Assembly: GCF_964355755.1 (NCBI RefSeq)
Contig: NC_092673.1
Location: 33,849,648 to 33,913,647 of the forward strand
Origin: Antedon mediterranea
Lineage: Eukaryota; Animalia; Echinodermata
DNA: 64,000 nt
Reading direction: 5' to 3'
The notes below the pieces were generated by a model that was given only the letters and a program-made list of their open reading frames with translations, did not search any database and had not been told where the DNA came from. A program made the position numbers and the translations under genes. Positions 24,680 to 36,880 of this stretch are shown here, piece after piece. The first letter of the stretch is position 1, and each line of letters starts with the position of its first letter.

Positions 24680-26533
24680 GGATACTAGGACACCTACCCC
24701 CTAGACACCTACCCCCGGACAACTACCCCCCGGACACCTACCCCCGGACAACTACCCCCCGGACAACTACCCCCGGACAACTACCCCCGGACAACTACCC
24801 TCTTAGGACAACTACCCCTTTAGGATAACTTAACAACCCCTTTAAGATAACAACCCCCGGACAACTACCCCCCGGACAACCACCCCCTTAGGACAACCAC
24901 CCCCTTAGGATAACTACCCCCGGTCAACTACCCCCGGTCAACCACCCCCTTAGGTCAACCACCCCCTTAGGACAACTCCCCCCCCCCCCCAATCCAAAAG
25001 TAGACAAATATATATGACCGGTTTCTGTAAAAATGAAATCATCTGTTTTTTACGGGTGTTTCGAAACTAGAGACCCGAGACCAGAGACCTGACACGAGAC
25101 CCAATACGAAAAGGGTCTCCCTTTTCGTATATTAGGGTCTCCCTTTTCGTATAGTGTGGTCTCTCTTTTCGTATAGTGGGGTCTCCCTTTTCTTAACTTA
25201 TAGTGGGTCTCCCTTTTCGTATATTTGGGTCTCCCATTTTGTATATTTGGGTCTCCCTTTTCGTATATTTGGGTCTCCCTTTTCGTATATTTAGGTCTCC
25301 CCTTTCGTATATTAGGGTCTCCCTTTTCGTATAGTGGGGTCTCCCTTTTCGTATAGTGGGGTCTCCCTTTTCGTACGTGAGTCTCCCTTTTCGTATATTT
25401 AGGTCTCCCTTTCGTATTGGGTATTGGGTCTCGGGTCTCTGGTCTCGGGTCTCTAGTTTTGAAACACCCGTTTTTAACCGATTATTCTGTTTAACAGCAC
25501 GCTAGACCCTAGATGTGCTAGATTTAAAGTACCGTATTTATTGAAAAAACGGCCTGGGCTGTTTATTGTTTAGGTGGTTTTTAGGTGGACATTTATTGGA
25601 AGAAAGTTGTTTATTCAATGGGAGGGGGTATAATCTAATGGAAATAGACGCCGATTATTCCATATGATGTTTCATGGGAGGGACATGGTCACCTTTTATT
25701 TGAGGGGAATTTATTTAAAGATCGCCGTTTATTCGGTGAGTGAACATTGAGGTCAAATATCAAAAGTGATATTATTCTTCAAGTGTACAAAAATACATAT
25801 GACAAATTTTAGACAAAAATTAATTCTTTTAAGACCAGTGGTTATCGAAGCATTGTCCTGACGCAAAAATTGTTATTATTATTAGCGAACCCAGTCTTTA
25901 CAGTAAATACAGGGAGTACTATATAATACGTTCGACTATCCTATGATCATGTGCGACAATCTTCAGTTTATACCAGGCTATATTTATGTTTAATCTTTTA
26001 CTTTTGTTTACAATAATGAATAGTAATTCGTCAAAGTAACGAATTAAAATATAGTTATATATATAGGTATATTAGTTATTCCTATTATACATTGTTGCAG
26101 AGTCAGGTTGTTGAATGGTCTGGGTGGTAGTTGTCCGTCCGGGGGGTAGTTGTTCTAAAGGGATAGTTGTCTGGGTGGTAGTTGTCCAGGGGTTAGTTGT
26201 CCTACGGAGGTAGTTGTCCTAAAAGATTATTTGCCCTCGGAGTATTGTCCAGGTCCAGGAGGTAGTTGTCCTACGGGGAGTATTTTGTCAGAGGTAGTTG
26301 TCCGCGGGGTAATTACCCGGGGGAGGGGGGGTAATTCTCCGGGGGGTAGTTGTCCAGGGGGTAGTTGTCCTAAGGGGGTTGTTGTCCTAAGGGGGTTGTT
26401 GTCCTAAGAGGGTAGTTGTCCGGGGGGTATTTGTCCCAAAGGGGTATTTGTCCTAAGGGGGTAGTGGTCCAGGTGGTGGTTGTCCGGGGGTAGTTTTCCG
26501 GGGGGTAAATGTCCAGGGGGTGAATATCCGGAT
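24680..26533. mobile_element. Foldback/Mutator-like element with long arms made of ~15-17-bp tandem repeats
   Basis: Left arm (24680-24990) has ggacaactaccccc repeats; right arm (26120-26530) has the reverse complement gggggtagttgtcc. TSD not found. Confidence 0.65.
25054..25469. mobile_element. Mutator-type MITE nested in the foldback element (9-bp TSD)
   Basis: TIR GGGTGTTTCGAAACTAGAGACCCGAGACCAGAGACC / reverse complement at 25469; flanks GTTTTTTAC and GTTTTTAAC (8/9); internal 22-24-bp gggtctcccttttcgtata repeats. Confidence 0.8.
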
Positions 26534-26926
26534 AAGGAAAATATTAAGTATATAATGATTATTGTTGAGGCAAATCCTGTATATATTTTTATTTCAAATA
26601 ATGTAATAATAATATAATGATTAAAATAGTTTTTAGTAAAAATGATCATTATGCGGATGGTTAAAAGGCGAGTTACTGAAATAAACCCCCGAATAAGCCA
26701 TATCGGCGATGTTTCCTCTAACAATACGTTATTTTGCTGACGGGGATTCCCCTTAAAAAAACATGCACTTGTTACTAGTGTGTCAAATATGTGAACTTTA
26801 TCATGGACAAAACACGTACGATCATTGTCCATGGCCAGGTATATGACGACTATTACTAATAACCGTACGTTTGAAACGTCTATAGGCCTCCTGTACGTGT
26901 TTTTGTGAAACGATGTATATATTGTA

Positions 26927-27075
26927 CAGGCCCGTAGCCAGAATGCATCAGAGGGGGTTTTCTTGACACCAAGTATTTTGCGAGCGCAGCGAGCAACTGT
27001 AGGCTGGGGGCCAGGGGGCCGCCAAGGGCTCCCGGTCGGGGTCCAGGGGGCAAAGGCCCCTGGAAGCTTTGGCTC
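26927..27075 (+). mobile_element. hAT-type element end (CAGGCCCGTAGCC) with GC-rich subterminal block
   Basis: Same block gtattttgcgagcg.agcgagcaac..ggctgggggccagggggcc..ggggtccaggggg as at 47817, where it adjoins hAT transposase remnants. Confidence 0.6.
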
Positions 27076-27290
27076 TCAGAGCAATTTCGGTTGTTTTAAT
27101 AAGCTTACATGCAGAGACATTTTTTACCCGCTAAAATCTGAGTTATGCAGAGAAATTATATAGTACAGTATTATGGAAGTTAGTAGTACTGATCATGAAA
27201 TACAGCTTTATTGTTGCAAAAAAAGTATATTATAATTATATTAGGCCCTTAAATAATTTCTTATCCTATAAACATAAAAAACAAATAGTA

Positions 27291-27400
27291 CCGTATATTT
27301 CGGTGTACAAGTCGCACCTGTGTACAAGACGCACCCATAACGGAGACTGAAATATTAGTATTTTTTATGTAGTCGATGCATAAAGACGCACTTATTTCTA
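27291..27400 (+). mobile_element. pogo/Tigger-like left end (TA|CCGTATATTTCGGTGTACAAG)
   Basis: Terminus plus repeated gtgtacaag(t/a)cgcac; no matching right end seen. Confidence 0.45.
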
Positions 27401-27507
27401 GGCCGAAATTTAAACATTTTACAATCAAAACAATGGTATTTTAATAATAAAACAACGATATTTGAGACATATTTATTAGAATCAAATGATATAATTTTGT
27501 TTGATTG

Positions 27508-28017
27508 TTTAGGGAATAAGTAATTCGGTCTTTACTTACCCTATTTAGAATACGGTAATGGAGTATTGTAGCAGTCAAACGATGTCCAAAGCTGGAAGTA
27601 TCCTAGGCTCGAAGTAAATGAACTATACGGAGTGTAGAAACCACATATCCACACGAAGCGCGTACGTACGTGCGCAGTGTAAGGTTAGGCTAGGCTAGTT
27701 CAGGACAATAATATATACAACGGTACAATAATTGAAACACGATAACATACAGTAACACGTAGTAAAATATGTAAAGTTAAAACGCTAAATATCAAAATGT
27801 AATAGTGCTAATAATTAGGACAACTAATTATTATCGTAAAACTTGTATTAAAACTCGCAATGGTTTGCTCATAAAAATGTCGATGTCTTCTCGTTGAAAA
27901 CTTGACGCAGGCGGAGAGAGAGATCGCTCGTTGCGCGTTCGCTATATTTACAACAGCAATTTGCATAACTTTACGCGTTGAGCGCACACACGCAAATATG
28001 TGTGTGAAGTTCCTACA
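27508..28017 (-). repeat. Gypsy 3' LTR
   Basis: Direct repeat of 37852-38442, preceded on the minus strand by the polypurine tract AGAGCTAGGGGGGAGCTA. Confidence 0.93.
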
Positions 28018-28091
28018 TAGCTCCCCCCTAGCTCTTTGCCGCTAGGTGAGAGCGATAGAAAAAATAAGTTCATAAAGTTAGTCAAAAGTAT

Positions 28092-31000
28092 TCAGGTACA
28101 GTCATGCTCATTGAATTTTTGTGGCCAATGTACGTGTCGTCCAGAGCGAGTTTGGCGGGGTGGCGACGGTGCGATTGCAATGTGCGTCTCTGTCCTATAA
28201 TGTTGCTGCCTGACTAGGTCCGTAGAATGAGTTTGATCCGTATCTAAGTAAGCCGGTTTCAGTCTATCGAGACTTACTGTGTCCTGTTTTCCTGCGAGTT
28301 GTACAACGAAAAATTTGTCGCTCCTGCTAACAACTTTAAACGGGCCATTGTAAGGGCACTGTAGAGGCTTGCGGACTTTATCACAGCGAATGAAAACGTG
28401 TGTACACTTAGCTAAATCTGTATGTACGTGTACCTTACGAGAATTGTGTCACGTCGGTGTTGGACGTATGTTTTGCATAATGCGCTGCAGTCGATGAATA
28501 TAGTTACTAGGGTCCAAGTCAGCATTAGTGGAAGAAGGCGTAACAAACTGCCCTGGCAAACGTAACGTGGTGCCGAAAACTAATTCTGCTGACGATAGCC
28601 CCAAGTCTTCCTTGACCACCGTGCGAAGACCAAGAAGTACTAGCGGTAAAGCATCTGACCATAGCTGAGGGTCGTCGAGGGCCTTAAGCGAACCTTTGAG
28701 TTGGCGATGGAACCTTTCTACTAATCCATTTGCTATTGGGTGGTATGATTTAGTGTGTATGCGTTTCGTACCCAGTAAGTTCACTAGCGCATTAAACAGC
28801 GATGATTCAAACTGGCTGCCACGATCGGTAGTAATGGTCGATGGTGCCCCAAACATGGACACCCATTTACAAACGAAAGCTTTAGCGACGGTTGCTGCCG
28901 AAATATCGGGAATAGGTATGGCCTCTGCCCATCTCGTAAAACGGTCAATGCATGTCAATAGGTAGCTGTTGCCGTCAGACGGTGGAAGCGGACCAACAAG
29001 GTCGATGTGGACGTCTGGTGTGGCAAAAGTTCCCAACGGTGTAATAGTGTGGAGATGTACTTTTGCCTTTTGACACTGAACACAACACTTCGCCCAGTTA
29101 CGTACGTCTCGATTCATGCTAGGCCAAACGTATCGAGTACTCACTAACTTCAATTTAGCCCTAATTCCAGGATGCGATAGTGAATGTAACGAATCGAAAA
29201 CGGCCCTGCGCAACTCCTTAGGGACGAAAGGTCGAGGAGTGCCCGTACTTATGTCACATACGATAGTTCCATCACTGGTGGCTATTGGTGCGTCATGTAA
29301 ATCAAAAGTTGACTCCTGCAAATGACGAAGTAACTCCTCATCATTCTTCTGCTGCTCGGCCATGACTGTGAAGTCAATGACATCTGACGACTTCGCAGTA
29401 AGGACAGGTGTGTTAAAGGTGTTAAGATTGATGCGAGATAATGCGTCTGCAACTTCGTTTTGCGAACCCTTAATGTGTCGGACATCGGTGGTAAATTGTG
29501 AGATGTAATCTAGGTGACGAATCTCTCGAGGTGAGTAGCGGTCCGAGCTTGCTTTCAGTGCAAATGTGAGCGGTTTGTGGTCTGTGAGGATGAAAAATTC
29601 CCTTGCTTCAAGCAAATGACGAAAATGTCGCATAGCAAGGTAAGCGGCTAACAGTTCTCGTCCGAATGTGCTGTACCTTGTTTCAGCTGGATTCATTCTG
29701 CGCGAGAAGAATGCGATAGGATGCCAGACGTCTTTTACCATCTGTTGTAGCACACCACCAACCGCAAAGTTAGATGCATCAACCATTAAACATAATGTGG
29801 CGGATGAATCGGGATGTTCCAGATAAGTTGCCTCTGCAAGTGCTACCTTAACAGCCTCAAAAGCCGTAATCGCCGTCGGTGGTAATGTAATTGATTTTTT
29901 AGGTTTACCTGCCAGTAAATCAGTCAACGGATGAACTATATCTGAACATTGAGGAATAAAACGCCTGTAGAAGTTGATTAATCCTAAGAATTCACGCAGT
30001 TTACGGACTGTGTCGGGTACAGGAAATATTTCGATAGCTTCTATCTTGGAACGTAGTGGTCGGATACCCATGTCATCGATATGATGTCCCAGAAATGTCA
30101 AAGACGAAACTCCCCATTCACACTTGACAGGATTAACTACAATACCAAATTCTTCAAGACGGTCGAACAACAACTTGAGGTGAATTTCGTGTTCTTGTTC
30201 GTCATTGCTGGCTATGAGAAGATCGTCGATGTATGCGTATACAAAATCCAAACCACGTAAAACTTTATCGATGAACCGCTGGAATGTCTGTGCTGCGTTT
30301 CTAAGTCCAAACGGCATTCTTAAAAATTCGAACATCCCAAATGGTGTCGTTATTGCGGTTTTCGGCACATCTTCTGGTGCAACAGGTATCTGGTGATAGG
30401 CTCGTACCAGGTCAATCTTAGAGAAAACTTTCTTTCCCTGAAGCGTAGCTGTGAAATCGTGAATATGAGGGATTGGATATCTATCCGGAACTGTAGCATT
30501 ATTGAGGGCTCTGTAGTCTCCACATGGTCTCCAATCACCTTCTGTTTGCTTCGCAACCATGTGAAGCGGCGAAGACCAGCAACTTTTTGACGGTTGAATA
30601 ATGCCCAGCTGAAGCATATGGTCGAACTCAGCTCGTGCGATTTTGAGTTTCTGTGGAGCCAATCTCCGAGGTCGGGCAGCGATCGATGGACCTTTGGTAG
30701 TTATACGATGAGTGACATCATGCTTAAGTTTGGCCTCTTTGAAACTCGGACGTGTAATTTTGGGAAAATATTTGCCTAGTATTGATTCATAACGTGAATC
30801 AATCACAGGTCGAGGCAAAACAGGACTAAGCGAGCAGAGCTTAGATGCAGTACCTTGCACACTTAAATTAGTTGTAGAATCAATTAACTTGCGGTGTTTA
30901 ACATCGACTAACAAACCAAAATGTTGCAGAAAGTATGCGCCGACAATTGCTGAGGGAACATCGGCTATAGTAAACACCCATCTGCATGTCCGTCTAAAAC

Positions 31001-31274
31001 CAAAATCAAGTGTTAAAGATCGTTCACCATAGGTGTTGATTTGAGAGTTGTTAACTGCTTGCAAAACAAAATCACTTTTTCGCTGTTGACGGTCTTGTTT
31101 TGTTGCAGGAAGGACGCTAATCTCGGCTCCTGTATCTACTAAAAACTTTAGTCCAGTATCTCTATCATAAATGTGAAATAAGCGACTATCAGAAACGGTG
31201 CCGGACGAATTCGTCGCAGTTATTCGCCGGCTTTGAAGTTTTCCGAAGTTGGGAAACTGCATGGCGACCTGCAC
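28092..31274 (-). pseudogene. pol: Gypsy pol (protease-RT-RNase H-integrase) with an internal nonsense codon at 28449-28451
   Basis: FLVDTGA protease, YIDD RT, VDAS/TDHKPL RNase H, H-H-C-C zinc finger, DLVG/TDRG/VERF integrase. The frame continues past the TGA through PYNGPF (GPY/F) and DRLKP to a stop at 28092. Confidence 0.92.
31182..31244 (-). promoter_or_regulatory. Predicted -1 ribosomal frameshift signal (G_GAA_AAC + stem-loop/pseudoknot)
   Basis: Slippery site 31244-31238, 6-nt spacer, stem GCCGGCGAAU/AUUCGUCCGGC; loop GCGAC is complementary to downstream GUCGC (31186-31182). Confidence 0.7.
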
Positions 31275-32104
31275 CTACGTGCTGCCTTGCCAAACCGGGT
31301 GTGATACCAGCACTGCTCTGAGTCATTTTCATTGGTTTGTGTTCGTTTAGCACTGGAAGAACGGTTCCGATTTCGGCTTCTGCTCCTGCTCTTATCCCGA
31401 TGTTGATCGTTTGCCAAGGATGATACCATTGCGGTCAACTTGTTAATTTCCGCTCGTAGCGTTTGAATTTCGTTTCGGTCGGCGTTAGCACTTGTCGGGT
31501 TAGAGATTGCGGCTATTCTGGGTTGGCTGGGAGACACCTCTAAAATTCTGTCGGCTAATTCCGCTATCTGAGCGACGGTAACGTTTCCGCATGTTGCGGC
31601 TAAAATCAGTTGCACGTTATTGGGCAATCGCTGAATGAACAACTGTTTCAAGATCGAATCCTCTAATGTGCGGCTGCCTAACAACTGATACATTTTGCGC
31701 AATAGTTGTGTTGGTTTTCTGTCACCCAATTCCTCCGTAGTGAGCAGTTGGTGCAACAGTTTCTTCTCCGAATCGGAGGTCCGCTTAATTAACTCTTCCT
31801 TTAACTTGCTGTATGGACCCTCAGCAGGAGGAGCTAAGAGCAGATCACGTACCTCCGGGACGATCGAAGGCTGTAACGACGCCACGATATAGGCAAATTT
31901 CGTAGCTTCCGTGGTAATATTGCGAGTTACGAACTGCGCTTCCACTTGGGCAAACCATATCGCGGGATCGTTAGCCCAAAATGGGGGTAGCTTGATGGTA
32001 AATGCCGCTAAAGGTAATGCGCGTTGCGTGGCGACTGGTACCCCAGCATTACCTCCCGCTTGATCCACCGCAACTGCTGCTTCGGCTGGAGGAGCATCTT
32101 CCAT
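31220..32104 (-). CDS. gag: Gypsy gag
   Basis: [35 protein letters not shown] and C-terminal [16 protein letters not shown] are typical of this Gypsy gag type; overlaps pol in the -1 frame. Confidence 0.9.
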   Translation of the reverse strand: MEDAPPAEAAVAVDQAGGNAGVPVATQRALPLAAFTIKLPPFWANDPAIWFAQVEAQFVTRNITTEATKFAYIVASLQPSIVPEVRDLLLAPPAEGPYSKLKEELIKRTSDSEKKLLHQLLTTEELGDRKPTQLLRKMYQLLGSRTLEDSILKQLFIQRLPNNVQLILAATCGNVTVAQIAELADRILEVSPSQPRIAAISNPTSANADRNEIQTLRAEINKLTAMVSSLANDQHRDKSRSRSRNRNRSSSAKRTQTNENDSEQCWYHTRFGKAARRCRSPCSFPTSENFKAGE

Positions 32105-32283
32105 CTTCGCTTCAAACAATTAATTGTTTTAGGCCTACCTTATAATTAAAACTAAAAGTAAACTGTGTAACAGAAATGTTTTCAAAAATAGTTGTACGTA
32201 GTACTATATATATAGTACGATCAATGCTGTTTGCTGCCTCGTATACAGGATAGGCTTAGATAGGCCGAGTATCGCTAATAATA

Positions 32284-32786
32284 CAGTAGAACCTTCGTTT
32301 TACGTACCCTGATTTTACGTTCCCTTGATTTTACGTACGCTTAAATGACCGATGACGTCATCATTTTCTTACATTGAGGGCGCAATTTAACAACAACAAA
32401 GCACAAAGCCATGGCTGTGTGAGAAACTCATGTGCATTCCCCTACAGCAGCGACTGTTTTTATTGATAGAAAATACAAGAACATTGATATTTTATTTATA
32501 AAACTAATATTTAAACTAAGTCGCACAGCCTGTATATACTGTACTTTTCTAGGCCTCACATCTTGCTAGGCCTGCTAGCCTGGCCTAGATTAGTCTACTG
32601 TAGGCCTAGGAAGGGCCTAAGCTAATAAGCTAGTGACAACCTGCATGCTGTAGGCAAACACGGCAGCCTTTTTAGCTACGATCTACGTATTTGGGGGTCA
32701 ATTTAAGGTCAACCTTGATTTTACGAATCCCTTGTTTTACGTACGCCTTTCGGTCCCGTACCGTACGTAAAATGGAGGTTCTACTG
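32284..32786. mobile_element. pogo/Tigger-type MITE inserted in the LINE (TAA)n tail
   Basis: TA|CAGTAGAACCTTCGTTTTACGTAC ... GTACGTAAAATGGAGGTTCTACTG|TA; taataa repeats on both flanks. Confidence 0.88.
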
Positions 32787-33280
32787 TAATATAATAATAA
32801 TAATTTATTTGGAAAACGCTTTTTGAACAGCGGCACACATAATAATGGTGCATCCTTAAAACAATTAAACATACAATATAAAAAATATGAGTATAAAAAT
32901 AAAGATAAACTAGATTAAAACAGATAATACTCAGATAAAACGGAAGTTCGATAAAACCAAATTAAAAATAAACTGTAATACTAAAACCAATTAAATGCAA
33001 CCCACATACATAAGCTTGGACACTAAATTAGCATATCAATTAGTATATGAACAAAGGAATATACAGTACTTAGAATCTACAGTATGTTAAGATATACACA
33101 TTCTTGATACACAGTGTCTACCAGCAAAAATAATAAGGAACAATAGGAACCCAAATTAGGGACATCAATAAACAGGAAAGCATAGATTAAATTATTTCAG
33201 CTGTGGTGAATTATTTGATGACTGTAAACAGAATTAAGATAACTAAACCAACTTACATACAATAAAAAAATTTAAAAAAA

Positions 33281-36200
33281 TCATTCGATAATGTTAGACT
33301 TTATACGTTGTCTAAAGGCCCATGCTTTCTTAAGATATGATTTGCAGAATTTATCAAGAATGTCATGGGCTTTGTTTACCATATTAATCGACATTGTTGG
33401 AATGAGAACAGAACAATCACCACCAAGTATAATCATTAAGATAACCTCTGAATTATTTAACTGGAGTGAATTCCATAGATCTGAAAGACCAGAATCATTA
33501 AGGTTTTGTTCCAAGCATTCAAATTCTGAAATTCGCACTTCTTGTAGTACTTTACAATTTAACATAAAATGATATAAATCTTCAGGTTCATCCTTACATA
33601 ACATACAATTACCAGTATTATTCATATCCCATTTACTTAATCTACTTTCAAGTTGAAGAGTATTTGACCTTGCCTTAAATTTCAATTGAGCACCATGAAA
33701 ATCAGTTTTAACAGTAAGATAATTTTCTAACTCAGGCATTTTTTTAAATTTAACATAAAGTGATAATGATGGTTTGGTACAGCTTTTATTAAACCAATCC
33801 AATTCATACATTTGACGATTAACACACTTAAAAGATTTAAACCATGCTGAATCTTTAGGTATGTTATTTGAAAATACATGATTAAATCCAGTATTATTCA
33901 GAATACTTTTAATTGAGTTTAACCATCGCCATTTTATATTAACATTATTGTCATGCAAGGTAAATAATGCATGCAACAGCAGCTTTGGCCAACGATGGGC
34001 TTCTAAGTTGATAAGCCTGTCAAAATATTTAATTTTTATTTCATTATGGGTATTTTCAATGCTATCCCATCCTAAGTCACCCAACAGAGCCAATGATGGC
34101 GTGTTCCTCGGTGCTTTTAGTAGTGTTTTAGCCATTTGTAGCTGAATGTTTTCGATTTTTTTGTAATCACTGGCACTATAAGCTGATATTGCACATGCAT
34201 AGTTAATTGAAGGTAGTGCTATAGTTTTCCACAAGATATTACCAAAATAAATCCTATTAAAATCTTCTTGCTCATTAAAAATGGACTTGATATATCCAAT
34301 TAATCTATTTCCTTTTCTAACTACATCATTAACATGTATACTTTCGGAGAAGTTTCTTGAAATATTCACTCCCAAGTATTTGTAACAATCTACTTCTTTG
34401 ATGAAGTGGTTTACAAGAGGCCATTGTTTAGTTTTATTAGTACGTTTACCAACAACCACAACATTTGATTTGTCATAATTAAAGTTAAGTTTCCATTTTT
34501 TGGAGAAAATTCCAGCGATAGATAACATTTTCTCCAGATCATTTTCATCTTTAGCAATCAAGACAACGTCGTCAGCCCAAAAAAGACAGCTAATTTTTGT
34601 GCCTAAAGTATGACATCCGACATTTTCATTATATAACATTTTGGAGAGTTCATTTATAAAAATACAGAATAAGGTCGGTGATAATACGCAGCCTTGCTTA
34701 ACCCCTTCATCGACATCAAAATAATCAGTTACAATATCACCAAACTTAACATTACATTTGACGTTTGTATAAAGTTTATCAATAATTTTCCAGACTTTAC
34801 CACGGATACCAGTATTCCATGCTATTGACAAAAGGCCATTACGCCAAACCGTGTCAAAAGCCTTACGGAAATCCAGGAAGGCTAAGTATGTTAACTTATT
34901 TTCCGCATTTCGCGTAGCCAATATGCTTTTAAGTGTAAATATGTGGTCCTCACATCTATGATTTTTCCTAAAGCCTCCCTGGATTTCCGTAAGAATACTA
35001 TTACTCTCAAGAAATTCTGAGATACGATCACAAATAATACGATTGAAAATTTTAGCAACACATGATGATAATGTGATACCTCTATAGTTATTTAAATCGT
35101 TCTTGCTACCTTTTTTATGGATAGGTATAATGATCCCTTTATTCCACTCGGTGGGAATTTTCTCTGATTTAACAAAATAGTTAAAAAGATATGTAAGTGA
35201 CCTAATAAGGCAGTCACCTCCGTTCTTTAACAATTCGTTAGTGATGCCATCAACACCAGGTGCTTTATTGTTTTTAGAACGAAGTATTGAACTTTTAACA
35301 TCTTCAAATGAAATTCTTATATCATCCAGTACTTTTTGTGGATCATCATTAACATAATTTATATAATTTTCCCTAATATCAGAAACATGACTATTGATAA
35401 CTATATCATTATAAGTATTGACACCAGTTTGATTACCCAAGTTACTCCAATAAATTTTAATCAAGTTAGCCATAACCTGTTTGTCTGAGGTAACTTGTGT
35501 AGAGTCGGGAATTTTTAGGTTAGAAGGAACAATTACCTTCTTAGGCCCCCTTAATTCGTTCCAAAAGTCTTTAGAACTCTGACCACCTGCTTTCGCTATG
35601 GCAACACTTTTGTCAACTTTCAATTGCATCATTTTATTTTTTATTACATTTTTCGCTTGAGTTTTTTTCATTTTATAATCCTTCCATAAAGCATCCCCCT
35701 TATCAAGATCTGCCCTATTATGTTTAGACCATGCACGATGCTCCTTACAAGCACGTTTACGTTCTTGAATGGCAGTGTCTATTGTCTTATCCCACCATTG
35801 TTTACTTTTGCTTTTAACATCCTTAAAGCCAATTGTATTATTAGTAACTGAAATAAGAGTATCTTTCCATTTTTCCCAACCATAATTTATATCACTAATA
35901 TCCTCAAGGTTATTATTAAACCAAATGTTGTCAAATTTATCAATAATTGAATTTTTGTAAGCAGACCAGTCTTGATCGCTTTTAATATTCCAAACTTGTC
36001 GTTTATTATCATTCGAATTTTTTACATTAGTATTATATTCAAATTTAAGATAGGCTAGTAGCACATTATGGTCACTACCCATGTGGTAGTTTCTTTCCTC
36101 ATCGATGACCATTTTATGTATAAATTTATCGACACTACACGAGGAAAGCACATAATCAATGCAGCTTGAGTGTGGGTGTCTAAACCAAGTTATCTTTCCA

Positions 36201-36880
36201 AAACATTTTTGTGAGCAGTTTAGAATATTTAGCCCTGTGTCAATACTAAAATTTATCAAACGCTCCCCATTAGAATTAATTATGGGATCACCATTACTTA
36301 CATTATTACCTATTCTGCCATTAAAATCGCCTACAATTAAGATAAGTGGGTCACAATTTTCAACTTCATTTTCAATTTGAATTATTTCAGAGAGTAGTTG
36401 GTTATATAGTTCATCAGCAAGGTCAGGATTAGATCCCTCTACTGGAAAATATACCACAGCAATATTAAGCAATTTATCACAAATTTTAACACGAATCCAA
36501 CATCTCTCAATGTCATCACAAAACGAATCATAAAGATTATCATCTAAAACAGTTACTTTATCTGAGACAAGTAGGCCAATACCTCCTCCCCCTTTTCCTA
36601 CTCTATTTTTACCATACCATTTAAAACCATTTATCCTTATAGACTCATTTGATTTAAGAAAAGTTTCGGCAATACCAAATATGTCAATTTTACAATTAAT
36701 TAAAAAATTCTTAATTTCATATAATTTGTTTTTGATTCTGTTAACATTATTGAATGCAATACTTATGCCAATGTTAGAGTTAGTATTAGTGTTAATATTT
36801 TTACGGTTACCACGCCTAATCCGTTTTTGTTTAGCATTAGTATGCCACCTGTTGTTGTCTTTGATATTGCCGGCATAATC
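33281..36880 (-). CDS. LINE ORF2: APE endonuclease + reverse transcriptase + C-terminal Cys/His motif
   Basis: Frame open from 36880, 136 codons upstream of the listed TTG (no stop, no ATG): IAFNNVN, DIFGIAET, GGGIG, GDFN, IDY, SDH (endonuclease); KAPGVDG, NYRGI, QGGFR, LDFRKAFD, GVKQG, WADD, YLG (RT); CMLC..E...HF..C. Confidence 0.92.
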   Translation of the reverse strand, partial: DYAGNIKDNNRWHTNAKQKRIRRGNRKNINTNTNSNIGISIAFNNVNRIKNKLYEIKNFLINCKIDIFGIAETFLKSNESIRINGFKWYGKNRVGKGGGGIGLLVSDKVTVLDDNLYDSFCDDIERCWIRVKICDKLLNIAVVYFPVEGSNPDLADELYNQLLSEIIQIENEVENCDPLILIVGDFNGRIGNNVSNGDPIINSNGERLINFSIDTGLNILNCSQKCFGKITWFRHPHSSCIDYVLSSCSVDKFIHKMVIDEERNYHMGSDHNVLLAYLKFEYNTNVKNSNDNKRQVWNIKSDQDWSAYKNSIIDKFDNIWFNNNLEDISDINYGWEKWKDTLISVTNNTIGFKDVKSKSKQWWDKTIDTAIQERKRACKEHRAWSKHNRADLDKGDALWKDYKMKKTQAKNVIKNKMMQLKVDKSVAIAKAGGQSSKDFWNELRGPKKVIVPSNLKIPDSTQVTSDKQVMANLIKIYWSNLGNQTGVNTYNDIVINSHVSDIRENYINYVNDDPQKVLDDIRISFEDVKSSILRSKNNKAPGVDGITNELLKNGGDCLIRSLTYLFNYFVKSEKIPTEWNKGIIIPIHKKGSKNDLNNYRGITLSSCVAKIFNRIICDRISEFLESNSILTEIQGGFRKNHRCEDHIFTLKSILATRNAENKLTYLAFLDFRKAFDTVWRNGLLSIAWNTGIRGKVWKIIDKLYTNVKCNVKFGDIVTDYFDVDEGVKQGCVLSPTLFCIFINELSKMLYNENVGCHTLGTKISCLFWADDVVLIAKDENDLEKMLSIAGIFSKKWKLNFNYDKSNVVVVGKRTNKTKQWPLVNHFIKEVDCYKYLGVNISRNFSESIHVNDVVRKGNRLIGYIKSIFNEQEDFNRIYFGNILWKTIALPSINYACAISAYSASDYKKIENIQLQMAKTLLKAPRNTPSLALLGDLGWDSIENTHNEIKIKYFDRLINLEAHRWPKLLLHALFTLHDNNVNIKWRWLNSIKSILNNTGFNHVFSNNIPKDSAWFKSFKCVNRQMYELDWFNKSCTKPSLSLYVKFKKMPELENYLTVKTDFHGAQLKFKARSNTLQLESRLSKWDMNNTGNCMLCKDEPEDLYHFMLNCKVLQEVRISEFECLEQNLNDSGLSDLWNSLQLNNSEVILMIILGGDCSVLIPTMSINMVNKAHDILDKFCKSYLKKAWAFRQRIKSNIIE

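Noticed and set aside
24680-25430. Short repeat arrays as a CRISPR array
   Set aside because: No spacers; these are subterminal repeats of DNA transposons in a eukaryotic context.
27506-27510. Canonical TG start of the left LTR at 27506
   Set aside because: That TG belongs to the ATTG TSD; the other LTR has the PBS-adjacent C there, so homology starts at 27508.
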